Assembly: GCA_963843575.1 (NCBI GenBank)
Contig: CAWJKZ010000014.1
Span: 128,001-192,000 of the forward strand
Source of the DNA: an uncultured Acidobacteriota bacterium
Lineage (GTDB): Bacteria > Acidobacteriota > UBA6911
Length of the DNA stretch: 64,000 nucleotides
Direction of reading: 5' to 3'
Each line of letters starts with the position of its first letter. Within the stretch, counting starts at the first letter, position 1. Shown piece by piece: positions 48,314 through 57,970 of the stretch. The notes under the pieces are model-generated. The model was not told the origin of the DNA and ran no database searches. It saw only the letters and a program-made list of their open reading frames with translations. A program made the translations under genes and the position numbers.

Positions 48314-50266
48314 ATGCACAGACCGATCAAGTACGTGGAGAAGGCTTTGACCGTCACGGCTGGCATGGCGTTCGACACGATCCAGTTCTTCAACAAGCAC
48401 CGGCCGAATCCGTCATTCACGCCGAAATGGTCTGACAAGCCATTGCAGAAGTCCTGGCAGAAGACAAAGCCCCCACTTGGTTGGCCCCGCACCACGGACT
48501 CTCTGTGCCCGAGGTGCGTCATCGAGGCACGCAAGAAGATCCTCGACGGCGAAGAGGATTATCGAATCCTCATCAACGAGAAGGTCGGCGAGATCAAGGC
48601 CTCGATCGTTGATCGCGACGGCGAGATATGGATGGTCAAAGAGTGCCCGAAGCACGGCCGCTTCGAGGACCTCATGGCGGAGGACCGGAAGTTCCTGGAA
48701 CACGTCGAAGCCATGTACCCCGGGCGCGACATTGACGCGCACAACGACCAGGCCCTGCACAACCACGGCTCGAGCACCATCAAGTTCGGCCGCGGCGCCG
48801 TCCTGACCGTGGACCTGACCAACCGCTGCAACATGATGTGCGATCCGTGTTTCATGGATGCCAACCAGGTCGGCTTCGTCCACGAGCTGAGCTGGGAAGA
48901 GATCAAGGAAATTCTCGACAACGCGATAACCATCAAGCCGCGGCGCCAGATGTCGGTTCAGTTTTCCGGCGGCGAACCCACTTTGTCCCCGCATTTCTTC
49001 GACGCCATCGCCTATTCGCGCAAGGTGGGTTTCAACAGCGTTCAGGCGGCGACCAACGGCATCGAGTTCGCCAAGGACATCGCCTTCGCCCGGCGCGCCT
49101 ACGAGGCCGGGCTGCGTTACGTCTACCTGCAGTTTGACGGTGTCGGCAACGACGCGAACGGACACCGGAAGATCGGCAACCTCTTCGATGTGAAGCTGCG
49201 CGCCATAAACAACCTGCACGAGGCGGGCGTCGATATCGTGCTGGTCACGACGCTGGTCAACGGGATCAACAACGACCAGGTCGGTCCGATCATCCAGTTC
49301 GCGATGGACAATCCCAAGAAGATCTCGTTCATCTCCTTCCAGCCGGTGTCATTCACCGGCAGGGACGAGGAGGTCACCGACGAGCGCCGGCGCCAGCAGC
49401 GCTACACGCTGTGTCACATGGCGCATGACGTCAAGGACCAGCTCGGCATCTCGGAGCCGACGCGCGACTGGTTCCCGATCTCGACCATGAGCGTCTTCTC
49501 GGATTTCGCGGATCTCGTGCACGGGCCCCAGGCCGATTGGGGGCATCTCAGCTGCGGCTGCCACCCCAACTGCGGCGTGGGCACGGGGTTCATGATCAAC
49601 AAGGAGACCAAGGAACGGGCGATGGTGCCGGAGTTCATCAACGTCCCGCACCTGATCAAGGACACCCAGAAGGTCACCGATGCCGCTCGTAGCAAGGGTT
49701 TCTCGAACTTCATGATGGCGCTCGCGCTGCTGAAGAACTACGACCCGTTCAAGTCCCCGCGCAGCCTCAAGATGTCCGACATCCTCAAGAAGTTCGACAA
49801 GACCATGGGGGCCACCGGGCGCAGTTACGGCAAAGGCCTGGAGCGCCGGAAAGATCCGTGGAACTTCCTGTTCGTGGCGGGCATGTGGTTCCAGGACCTG
49901 TTCAACTACGATTTCCGGCGCACGGAGATGTGCATCATCCCTTACGGGACGCAGGAGGGAGAAATCTCCTTCTGCGCCTACAACACGGGGGTGGGTTGGC
50001 GGAATATCATCGAGAAGATGCACATGAACGCCACCGTCGCAGCCTGGTACAAGGAGTACGGCCGGCACAAGGTCTACGCCAACGGCAAGTCCGTCGAGCT
50101 CGACTCCTACGACCACAGCCTGGTGGTGGATCCGCTGGCCGCCGCGCGGGTCAGGGAGAAGCCCGCGGGTCCGCAGACCGCTCACGAAGAGGAACTGATG
50201 ATGCGGCGGATGTACGACGAGATGGTCCTCGGCAAGAAATCGGAGGACTTGGTTCAGCTCAAGTAG
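48314..50266 (+). CDS. radical SAM protein, tetraether synthase (Tes/GDGT-MAS, MJ0619-like) homolog
   Basis: N-terminal SLCPRC...KECPKHG metal site; DLTNRCNMMCDPCF; QFSGGEPT; YLQFDG; FQPVSFTGR; CHPNCG; C-terminal CII..G....SFCAYN. Confidence 0.8.
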   Translation: MHRPIKYVEKALTVTAGMAFDTIQFFNKHRPNPSFTPKWSDKPLQKSWQKTKPPLGWPRTTDSLCPRCVIEARKKILDGEEDYRILINEKVGEIKASIVDRDGEIWMVKECPKHGRFEDLMAEDRKFLEHVEAMYPGRDIDAHNDQALHNHGSSTIKFGRGAVLTVDLTNRCNMMCDPCFMDANQVGFVHELSWEEIKEILDNAITIKPRRQMSVQFSGGEPTLSPHFFDAIAYSRKVGFNSVQAATNGIEFAKDIAFARRAYEAGLRYVYLQFDGVGNDANGHRKIGNLFDVKLRAINNLHEAGVDIVLVTTLVNGINNDQVGPIIQFAMDNPKKISFISFQPVSFTGRDEEVTDERRRQQRYTLCHMAHDVKDQLGISEPTRDWFPISTMSVFSDFADLVHGPQADWGHLSCGCHPNCGVGTGFMINKETKERAMVPEFINVPHLIKDTQKVTDAARSKGFSNFMMALALLKNYDPFKSPRSLKMSDILKKFDKTMGATGRSYGKGLERRKDPWNFLFVAGMWFQDLFNYDFRRTEMCIIPYGTQEGEISFCAYNTGVGWRNIIEKMHMNATVAAWYKEYGRHKVYANGKSVELDSYDHSLVVDPLAAARVREKPAGPQTAHEEELMMRRMYDEMVLGKKSEDLVQLK

Positions 50267-50290
50267 CTGCCTTCACATTCCGATAGCAAG

Positions 50291-50328
50291 AACAGCGACG
50301 GGCGTGCGCGCTCGTCGCTGTTTTTTAT
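50291..50328 (+). terminator. rho-independent terminator
   Basis: AACAGCGACGGGCG-TGCG-CGCTCGTCGCTGTT stem followed by a T-run. Confidence 0.85.
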
Positions 50329-50345
50329 TAGGGGCGGGGCGACGC

Positions 50346-51692
50346 TCAGCCGCCCGCGCCCGGCAGGCCGCCGGGTCGATGCAGCGAGCGGACGTCACGG
50401 CCGAGGGTTCTCGCACCCCTGAACAGCACGGCCGACAGGAGCAGGGCGAGGATCGGGGAGAAGAGCATGACCTGGTGGAGCCCGACGGCCCGAAAACGGT
50501 CCGGGACCGGGCCGCCGGCGGCGAGGGCACCGGCCGCCGCCGCGGCGCGGAGCGCGAGTCGGTCGCTAGCCCAGCCAGCCAGCACGGGTCCGAGTGAAGC
50601 GCCCAGCACGTACATGGCCAGCAGGTAGATGGCCATCGCGGTGCCCCTGAGGGAGGGTTCGATCACGTCGTGGATCGTGGAGTAGACGGTTCCGTAGTAC
50701 GCGTACATCAGCATCAGGGCCGTGCCCTGAAACAGCATGAACGCCGCAATATTTCCCGGAGACTGAAGCGCCGCCAGGAGGGCGGCCGGCGCGCTGGCCA
50801 GGAGGGCTGCCGCCGGAACGATCATGCGGCCGTCCGGCCTGCGCCGGGCGAGGGCGTCGCCCGCCAGACCTCCGGCCAGCATACCGGCGCCGCCTAGGGC
50901 GCCGACGATGATACCCGACACGAACCCCGCGGTTTGTAGGCCGGCACCGTGGTAACGGATCAGGTAGGCGGGCAGGAACAGGGTTACCGCGTACAGGTTG
51001 AAGTTGTGGACGGCGCCCGAGACTATGATCCAGCGCATCGTCGGTATGCTCAACACGAGCCTCGCGGGGGAGCCGGGCCTCCTGACCGATCCCAGGTCCG
51101 GATCCGCGAGGCCGCGCCGGGGTTCCGGCAGCCAGAGGCACAGGGCGGCCAGCAGGAGCCCGGGCGTCCCGGCCACCCAAAAGGCCGCGCGCCAACCGAA
51201 ATGCTGCGCCACAGCCCCGCTGACCCCATAGCTCAGGGCCAGGCCCACAGGCAGGCCCAGCATGAAAACGGACATGGCCCGGGCACGGACGCGCGGGCCG
51301 AACAGGTCGCCGATGAGCGAGGTTGCCGCCGGAGCGCAAACGGCCTCCCCCGCTCCGACGCCGAGCCTCAGGGCGAAGAGGGAGGCGAAGCTCCGGCACA
51401 GGCCCGATGCGAAGGTGAGGGCGCTCCAAACCGAGAGACCCGTCGCAAGGAGCCATCTTCGCGGCCTCGTGTCGGCCAGGCGACCCAGTGGGATGCCCGC
51501 GAAGGCGTAGATCAGGGTGAAGGCAGTGCCGAGCCAGCCCAGCTGTGTGTCGGAAAGGCGCCATTCGAGCCGCAACGGCTCCGTCACTGCGCTCAGGACC
51601 TGGCGGTCGAAGAAATTGACCGTGTTGACGGCAAACAGCAGCCCGAGGGCGGCCAGGCGCCGTTGCCCCGGAGAACCGTCTGCCGGCTTCAC
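50346..51692 (-). CDS. MFS transporter (spinster-like)
   Basis: [27 protein letters not shown], about 12 TM segments; GTG start overlaps the leuD stop. Confidence 0.88.
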   Translation of the reverse strand: MKPADGSPGQRRLAALGLLFAVNTVNFFDRQVLSAVTEPLRLEWRLSDTQLGWLGTAFTLIYAFAGIPLGRLADTRPRRWLLATGLSVWSALTFASGLCRSFASLFALRLGVGAGEAVCAPAATSLIGDLFGPRVRARAMSVFMLGLPVGLALSYGVSGAVAQHFGWRAAFWVAGTPGLLLAALCLWLPEPRRGLADPDLGSVRRPGSPARLVLSIPTMRWIIVSGAVHNFNLYAVTLFLPAYLIRYHGAGLQTAGFVSGIIVGALGGAGMLAGGLAGDALARRRPDGRMIVPAAALLASAPAALLAALQSPGNIAAFMLFQGTALMLMYAYYGTVYSTIHDVIEPSLRGTAMAIYLLAMYVLGASLGPVLAGWASDRLALRAAAAAGALAAGGPVPDRFRAVGLHQVMLFSPILALLLSAVLFRGARTLGRDVRSLHRPGGLPGAGG

Positions 51693-52285
51693 GACTGTCC
51701 GGCGCGTGCGGACTCGAACGCGGCGATGCGCTCGGAGAACTTCAGCAGATAACCGAGCTCGTCCAGACCCTCGAGCAGGCATTTCTTCGAGAACGGGTCG
51801 ATGGGAAACGCCACAACCTCCCCGTCGGGCAACGTCAGGGTCTGGGCCTGCAGGTCTACGACTGCTTCGGAGTCGGGATGCGCGGCGACGAGGCGGAAGA
51901 GTCTCTCGTGATGGACGCGGTCGACCCTGATGGGGAGGATCCCGTTCTTCAGACAGTTGTTGCCGAAAATGTCGGCGAACGAGGTGCTGATCAGAGCACG
52001 GAAGCCGAAGTCCGCGAGCGCCCAAGGGGCATGTTCGCGCGAGCTGCCGCACCCGAAGTTGTCGCCCGCCAGCAGGATGGACGCGCCGGCGCCGCTGGGC
52101 TGGTTCAGGATGAAGTCGGGGCGGGGGTTGCCGGAGGCATCGTACCGCCAGTCGTAGAACAGGATCTTGCCCAGGCCCGTCTTTTCCGTGGTCTTGAGAA
52201 ACCGGGCCGGTGTGATCTGGTCGGTGTCGACGTTCTCGCTGGGGAGGGGAACAAGACGGCTGCGCAGCTGGCGAAAGGGTTGCAT
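51689..52285 (-). CDS. leuD: 3-isopropylmalate dehydratase small subunit
   Basis: [40 protein letters not shown]. Confidence 0.95.
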   Translation of the reverse strand: MQPFRQLRSRLVPLPSENVDTDQITPARFLKTTEKTGLGKILFYDWRYDASGNPRPDFILNQPSGAGASILLAGDNFGCGSSREHAPWALADFGFRALISTSFADIFGNNCLKNGILPIRVDRVHHERLFRLVAAHPDSEAVVDLQAQTLTLPDGEVVAFPIDPFSKKCLLEGLDELGYLLKFSERIAAFESARAGQS

Positions 52286-52296
52286 CGGCGTATGTC

Positions 52297-53697
52297 CTAT
52301 AGAAACGCGCGGGCGTCGGCTACGGCGCCGGCGACCGCGGAGGCGGCGGCGGTGAGCGGGCTGGCCAGCAGCGTCCGGCCTCCCGGCCCCTGCCGCCCTT
52401 CAAAGTTGCGGTTGCTCGTGCTGATGCAGTACTCGCCGGGCCGCAGCTGGTCCCCGTTCATCGCGATGCACATGCTGCATCCCGGCTCGCGCCACTCGGC
52501 GCCTGCTTCCTCGAAAACACGCTGCAGGCCCTCGCGCTCGGCGGCGTCCTTGATGACCTTCGACCCGGGCACGACGAAGACACGGAGCCCCTCGCGCACC
52601 TTTCGCCCCCTGAGAATTCGTGCGGCGGCCCGCAGGTCCGCGATGCGCGAGTTCGTACAGCTCCCGATAAAAACCGTGTCGATGTGCTGTCCGAGAATCG
52701 GCTGCCCCGGTTTCAGCCCCATGTACTCAAGGGCCCTGGAAACGGCATTTCTCTCGGAGCCGTCCGCGATGCGGGCGGGATCGGGCACGCGTCCCGTGAC
52801 GGGGATCCCCATGCCCGGGTTGGTTCCGTAGGTGATCATCGGCTCGAGCGCCGCCGCGTCCAGGCGCACGGAACGGTCGAAGGCCGCGCCGTCATCGGTG
52901 CGGAGCTGGCGCCAGCGTGCGAGGGCCGCGTCCCACGCGGCGCCCTCGGGCGCAAACGGCCTTCCCGCCAGGTACTGGAACGTGGTGTCGTCCGGCGCGA
53001 TCATGCCGGCGCGAGCCCCGCCCTCGATCGACATGTTGCAGACCGTCATGCGCTCTTCCATGTCCATGGCCTGGACCGCGCTCCCGGTGTACTCGATGAC
53101 GTGGCCGGTCGCGCCCCCAACGCCGATCCGGGCGATGAGCGACAGTATGACGTCCTTGGCGCTCACGCCAAGCTGCAAGGTTCCGTCGACCCGGACCTCG
53201 AAGGTGCGCGGACGCCGCTGCAGGAGACACTGGGTGGCGAGCACATGCTCGACCTCGCTGGTGCCGATGCCAAAGGCCAGGGCCCCGAATGCCCCGTGCG
53301 TCGAGGTGTGGCTGTCGCCGCAGACGATCGTCTTGCCCGGCTGCGTCACGCCGAGCTCGGGCCCGATTACGTGCACGATCCCCATGCGGGCATCGCCCAT
53401 CCCGTAGAGGCGGATCCCGAATTCCGCGCAGTTGGCCTCGAGCTGCCGCACCAGCCGTTCGGCGAGCGGATCGGCGAGCGGGAGACCCTGCCCCCGTGTC
53501 GGTATGATGTGGTCCATCGTGGCCACGGTGCGTACCGGGACCCGCACCTTCATGCGGCGCTCCCTGAGGCCCTGGAACGCTTGAGGCGATGTCACCTCGT
53601 GCACCAGGTGCAGGTCGACGTAGAGCACCGCAGGACAGTCCGGTTCGGCGGCGATCACATGAGAGTCCCAGATTTTCTCGAACAGTGTTTTCGTCAT
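52297..53697 (-). CDS. leuC: 3-isopropylmalate dehydratase large subunit
   Basis: [49 protein letters not shown]. Confidence 0.96.
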   Translation of the reverse strand: MTKTLFEKIWDSHVIAAEPDCPAVLYVDLHLVHEVTSPQAFQGLRERRMKVRVPVRTVATMDHIIPTRGQGLPLADPLAERLVRQLEANCAEFGIRLYGMGDARMGIVHVIGPELGVTQPGKTIVCGDSHTSTHGAFGALAFGIGTSEVEHVLATQCLLQRRPRTFEVRVDGTLQLGVSAKDVILSLIARIGVGGATGHVIEYTGSAVQAMDMEERMTVCNMSIEGGARAGMIAPDDTTFQYLAGRPFAPEGAAWDAALARWRQLRTDDGAAFDRSVRLDAAALEPMITYGTNPGMGIPVTGRVPDPARIADGSERNAVSRALEYMGLKPGQPILGQHIDTVFIGSCTNSRIADLRAAARILRGRKVREGLRVFVVPGSKVIKDAAEREGLQRVFEEAGAEWREPGCSMCIAMNGDQLRPGEYCISTSNRNFEGRQGPGGRTLLASPLTAAASAVAGAVADARAFL

Positions 53698-53753
53698 AGC
53701 TCGGAATCCATCGGATGCAGGAAAAAAAAGTCATTTTGCCATCATGGCAGGCG

Positions 53754-55943
53754 CTACTCAAAGCGGAATCGCAGGCCGGCGTGAAAGCGGCGGGGCATGC
53801 CGACGGTCTGGACTGGTGTGCGCCCGACGGGATAGGTTTCGTCCGAGAGGTTCTCGCAGGCGGCAAAGAGCTGCGTGCGGCGGGTCAGTGACTTGCCTGC
53901 GGAAAGATCGACAACCCCGTAGCCGCCCAGGACGAGGCGGTTCTGGTCGTCGTCGTACTGCCTGGACGTGAGGCGGAGCGCCGCGCTGACGAAATAGCCC
54001 CGCCTCGCGAATTCGAGTTGCAGTACGGCCTGGTGTGTCGGGACCTGAGGCACGCGCAACCCGACAAGTTCGGAGACTGCCGGCGCCGAACGCACCGTGG
54101 CGTCCGACAGGAAATACCCGGCCGACACCAGCCAATCCGCCCCGAGCCGAACGGCGGCGTCGAGCTCCAGCCCCCGGCTCCTCGTCGCGCCGAGGTTCTG
54201 TCGCTGCCGGGTGATCAGGGCCGGGGTGGAGGAGAGAGTGACGTTGGCGATGTTCCCCTTGATCTGCGACGTGAAGAGGGTTCCGCGCAGCACGAGGGGG
54301 GCCGCCGGGGACCAGTCCACCCCGATTTCACTCGAGACCGCGGTTTCGGGAAGCAGGCCCGGGTTGGCTGCCGTGACGATGTTGCCGACCCGGAAGGATC
54401 GATAGAGTTCGTTGAGGGTGGGGGCCCGGAACGATCGGGAAACGGACGAGCGCACGGCCAGACCGCTGCCCAGCTGCAGGCGCGCCCCAACCTTCGGGCT
54501 CCACTCGGCGCCCCGCCAGATGCCGCCGTTGCGCCAGGCGTCGCGGCGCGCGCCCGCCACGATCTGCAGCCGGTCGCTGGCGCGGAAGAGCTCCTGCAGA
54601 TAGACCCCGACCCGATCCTGACGCCCCCCGGCCTCGGTTTGTGCGCCGGGCCGGCCGGCGGCATAAGGGACTTCCCGGCTGGCGCCCCTTACGGCGGAGT
54701 AGTCCGAACCCGCCAGCAGGAGGTGGCGCGGCCCGAGCGCGCGCCGCCACAGCGCCTGCGCTCCGGCGCCGCGCGCGGGCACGTGCTGCAGGCGGGTGAG
54801 CGTTTCCGACGTCCGGTCGAGGGCCACCGCAGAGAAGGCCGCGTCGAAACTCTCGTCCTGAAAGAATCCCAGCAGCGCCCACTCGTTCTTCGCCTGAGTG
54901 ACGAAGGCCGCGCCGGCGGAGGCGGCGCTCATCTGGGTGTCGTTGACCTGCAGCGGCGTCCCGTTGCCCCGCCTTTCCGTGAAGTGCGCGAGGCTCGCGA
55001 AGATCCGGCCGCCGTTTCGGAGCCGGAAGTCCCACGTTGCTTCGTATGCCTGGTGGCGGCTGCGGGCCTCGATGTCGACCGGGCCTCGCTCCGCCGGCGC
55101 GACCTGGTTGTATCCGTCGGTACGGAAAAGATCGGCGGCGAGCGACACGCCCTGGCGCCCGAGCCTGTGGGAGCCGTAGACGGCATAGTCTACGGTGCCG
55201 AATCCGCCGTAGTACCCCTCCGCCATTAGGGTGGAGGAGCGCGGCCGCTTCCGGAAAACCTGGATGACTCCGCCAAGCGCGTCGGTGCCGTAGAGTTCGG
55301 ACGCGCCGCCGCGCACGATTTCGATGCGGTCGACCGACAGCCGCGGAATGCGCCCCCAGTACACCCAGCCGCCGAAAGGGTCGTTCAGCGGCACGCCGTC
55401 GGCGAGCACCAGCGTTCGGCTCGCCCCGCTCGGGCCTGCGCCCCGGAGCGATACCCCCTGCGCGGTCGGGTGTGCGACCAGGCTTCCCGATCGCCTGAAA
55501 AGCGAAAATCCCGGAATCTTCCGGAGCTGGTCGTCCAGCGTGATCGCCGCGTTCCGCTCCAGGTCCTGGCTGGATACGGAGATCACGGCCTGGGTCGACT
55601 GAGACAGCGGAGTCTCGGCGCCTTCGGCCGTCACCGTAACGGAATCCGATGTCGCATGGCGCAGCAGCTGCACCAGCACCTCGGACTGGCCGGGCGGGAC
55701 CAGGTTTTGCGAGAATACGGCGAAGCCGGGCGCCAGGACCTGCAGGCGCACCGGGAAGCCCGACACCCCGACTGCGCACCTGCCGTCCGCGCCCGTGCGG
55801 ACCTGCATGGTGCGGCCTGCGGCATCCTCGGCGCTGACCAGAGCATAGGGAACAGGTGTGTCGCGCCCTTCGATCACCCGGATGAAGAGTTCCGCGCCCT
55901 GGGCCAGGATCGCCACGAGGAGCACGGAAATGAAAGGCATCAT
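53754..55943 (-). CDS. TonB-dependent receptor with N-terminal prealbumin-like domain
   Basis: SVTVTA TonB-box-like segment; plug motifs RTLVLADGVPLND and RIEIVRGG.S.LYG.DALGGVI; FRAPTLNELYR; ends GLRFRFE. Confidence 0.9.
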   Translation of the reverse strand: MMPFISVLLVAILAQGAELFIRVIEGRDTPVPYALVSAEDAAGRTMQVRTGADGRCAVGVSGFPVRLQVLAPGFAVFSQNLVPPGQSEVLVQLLRHATSDSVTVTAEGAETPLSQSTQAVISVSSQDLERNAAITLDDQLRKIPGFSLFRRSGSLVAHPTAQGVSLRGAGPSGASRTLVLADGVPLNDPFGGWVYWGRIPRLSVDRIEIVRGGASELYGTDALGGVIQVFRKRPRSSTLMAEGYYGGFGTVDYAVYGSHRLGRQGVSLAADLFRTDGYNQVAPAERGPVDIEARSRHQAYEATWDFRLRNGGRIFASLAHFTERRGNGTPLQVNDTQMSAASAGAAFVTQAKNEWALLGFFQDESFDAAFSAVALDRTSETLTRLQHVPARGAGAQALWRRALGPRHLLLAGSDYSAVRGASREVPYAAGRPGAQTEAGGRQDRVGVYLQELFRASDRLQIVAGARRDAWRNGGIWRGAEWSPKVGARLQLGSGLAVRSSVSRSFRAPTLNELYRSFRVGNIVTAANPGLLPETAVSSEIGVDWSPAAPLVLRGTLFTSQIKGNIANVTLSSTPALITRQRQNLGATRSRGLELDAAVRLGADWLVSAGYFLSDATVRSAPAVSELVGLRVPQVPTHQAVLQLEFARRGYFVSAALRLTSRQYDDDQNRLVLGGYGVVDLSAGKSLTRRTQLFAACENLSDETYPVGRTPVQTVGMPRRFHAGLRFRFE

Positions 55944-56121
55944 CGAAAATCACCTCGCCGCTTAGTTGCGGGAAAGCCGGACTGCACGGCGGTGCGGGCT
56001 TCAGCCCGGAACGCATGGATGCGCCCGTGAGCGAAAACCGGAACCCGTGTTATACTTCAAATTTTACGTTCGGTCAGGCCCCGAATTGGCCTTTGTTCCC
56101 AACCTTTGAGGATAATACCCG

Positions 56122-56727
56122 TTGCCAGCCAAAAGGAGAATTCCCCCGAAAACCTGCAAGCTGATCGACGAGGCGTTGAGCGCCATCATCGACCAGTGGT
56201 ATCTGAGCGTCAGTGACTACTACGTCACGGCCGAAAAGAAAGCGGAGAATCCCGCGCTCGAGCTCCCCGAAGAGCTCAAGCGTTTTCACGACGAGAACCG
56301 GCACCGCATCAAGTTCAACAAGGGTGACCTGGATTTCACCTACGGGTTGAGCCTGGAATCGACTCCGGACCGGACGGAGCTCGAAGTGAGTGTGAACAAC
56401 AAAGTCCCGAACTTCAACTACGGGGAGCTGGTACGGCGCCTCACCGCCTATTACGCGCAGGCCAGCGCCAAGCCCATCGAGGGTGTCAAGAAGCTCAAAC
56501 GGGTGCGGAACTGCGATGTCTTCACCTTGCCTGAGGACTTGAATTCCTGCATCGCCGTGGAACAGCGGGAGGGCAAGGCCGAAATCGTGCGCTTGACCTT
56601 CGGCGTGCACGAACAGTATCTGGACGAGATGATCGCGGACCCGCCCGGTTTCATGGATGCCATTCACCAGTACTGCGTCGCACCGCTGCGGCGCATCTAC
56701 GCCGACATTTACCGGATCCGCAAATAG
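56122..56727 (+). CDS. hypothetical protein
   Basis: 201-aa ORF with natural amino-acid composition and GC3-biased codons; no motif recognised. Confidence 0.7.
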   Translation: MPAKRRIPPKTCKLIDEALSAIIDQWYLSVSDYYVTAEKKAENPALELPEELKRFHDENRHRIKFNKGDLDFTYGLSLESTPDRTELEVSVNNKVPNFNYGELVRRLTAYYAQASAKPIEGVKKLKRVRNCDVFTLPEDLNSCIAVEQREGKAEIVRLTFGVHEQYLDEMIADPPGFMDAIHQYCVAPLRRIYADIYRIRK

Positions 56728-57007
56728 GATCATGGGCGGCCGGCCGCCGGCCCCCACCGCGATTCCGGCCAGTCCGGTGCCGGGAGTGCGCGACGCTGGT
56801 CTTTCAAGCACGGGCGCTCGCCGCGCTCAGGGCGGCATGCCGAACATCCCAGTCCGCCCGAGCGGTCACCACCCGCGGACGCCGTGGCCATGCGTGCACG
56901 GGCCGGTTACGGAGGGGGTGACTCTTCGGACCGGCATTCGGCGCAGTGGTAAACTCGAACCGGGCCATTGTCATTATCCAGTGCGTCAGATCTCTCGGGA
57001 GGACACA

Positions 57008-57969
57008 ATGCGCGCAATCACGATTCTGACCGGATGCTGCGTTCTGCTGCTCGTCTGCTGTTCGATCTCGGCCGATGCGTCGGAGGTCACGCTCCGTAAG
57101 GGCGACGGGCGAATCGACGTGTCGATCGACGGGAAGCCGTTCACGACCTACTACTACGCCGCCAGCCAGGCCAAGCCGTACTTCTATCCCCTGCGGGCCG
57201 CCGACGGCCTGGTGGTAACCCGGCATTTCCCGATGGACCCGGCGTTCGCCGGCGAGGAAAAGGACCGCGACCACCCGCACCAGCGCTCCTGCTGGTTTAC
57301 CTTCGGCGACGTCGACGGGGTGGACTACTGGGGCGAAACCTCCAAGATGCAGGGAAAGATCGTCCAGCGCAGCCTGGACAAGGTACAGGGCGGGGCGCCA
57401 AGGGAGTGATCGCCTCGACAATGGACTGGATCGACAACACCGGCCGGAAGGTGCTCGTGCAGAAACAACAGGTGACCCTGCACGGCGATGCGTCGCGGCG
57501 GTATCTGGACTTCACGGTGACGCTGACGCCCGTCGATCGGGAGGTGACCTTCCGCGACACCAAGGAAGGCATGTTCGGCGTGCGGCTCGCCACCCCGCTA
57601 AAGGAAGACATCGGCGGGTTGATCTCCAACTCGACCGGGGCGACCCGGGAGAAGAACTGCTGGGGCAAGAAGGCCGAATGGGTGGATTACTCCGGCGCCC
57701 TGACCGGCACCAAGGTCGGGGTCACGATAATGGACCATCCGAAAAACCTGCGCCACCCCACGACCTGGCACGTGCGCGCCTACGGGCTGTTTGCCGCGAA
57801 TCCTTTTGGCCTGAAAGATTTTACCGGAGACAAGTCCCAGGACGGCAGCTACCGGCTGGCCCCCGGCAAGGAGCTCACCTTTCGTTACCGGATCCTGATT
57901 CACCCCGGCGACGCGGCCCAGGCGGGTCTCGCGAAGGAATATGCGGAGTATGTTCGCGAGGTGAAATAG
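57008..57969 (+). CDS. exported PmoA/DUF6807-like protein (frameshift near 57400)
   Basis: Signal peptide, KPYFYPL, DHPHQRS.WF, DTKEGMFGVR, WVDYSG, DHP.N...PT.WHVR.YGLF.ANPFG. Confidence 0.75.
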
Positions 57970-57970
57970 C

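Noticed and set aside
53698-53753. Leucine attenuator upstream of leuC (short dyad plus T8 tract on the minus strand)
   Set aside because: No Leu-rich leader peptide, and the stem is only 5-6 bp and separated from the T-tract.
57008-57969. 'PmoA' label as evidence of methane oxidation
   Set aside because: This is the soluble exported DUF6807-like family, not the membrane pMMO subunit; no pmoB or pmoC.
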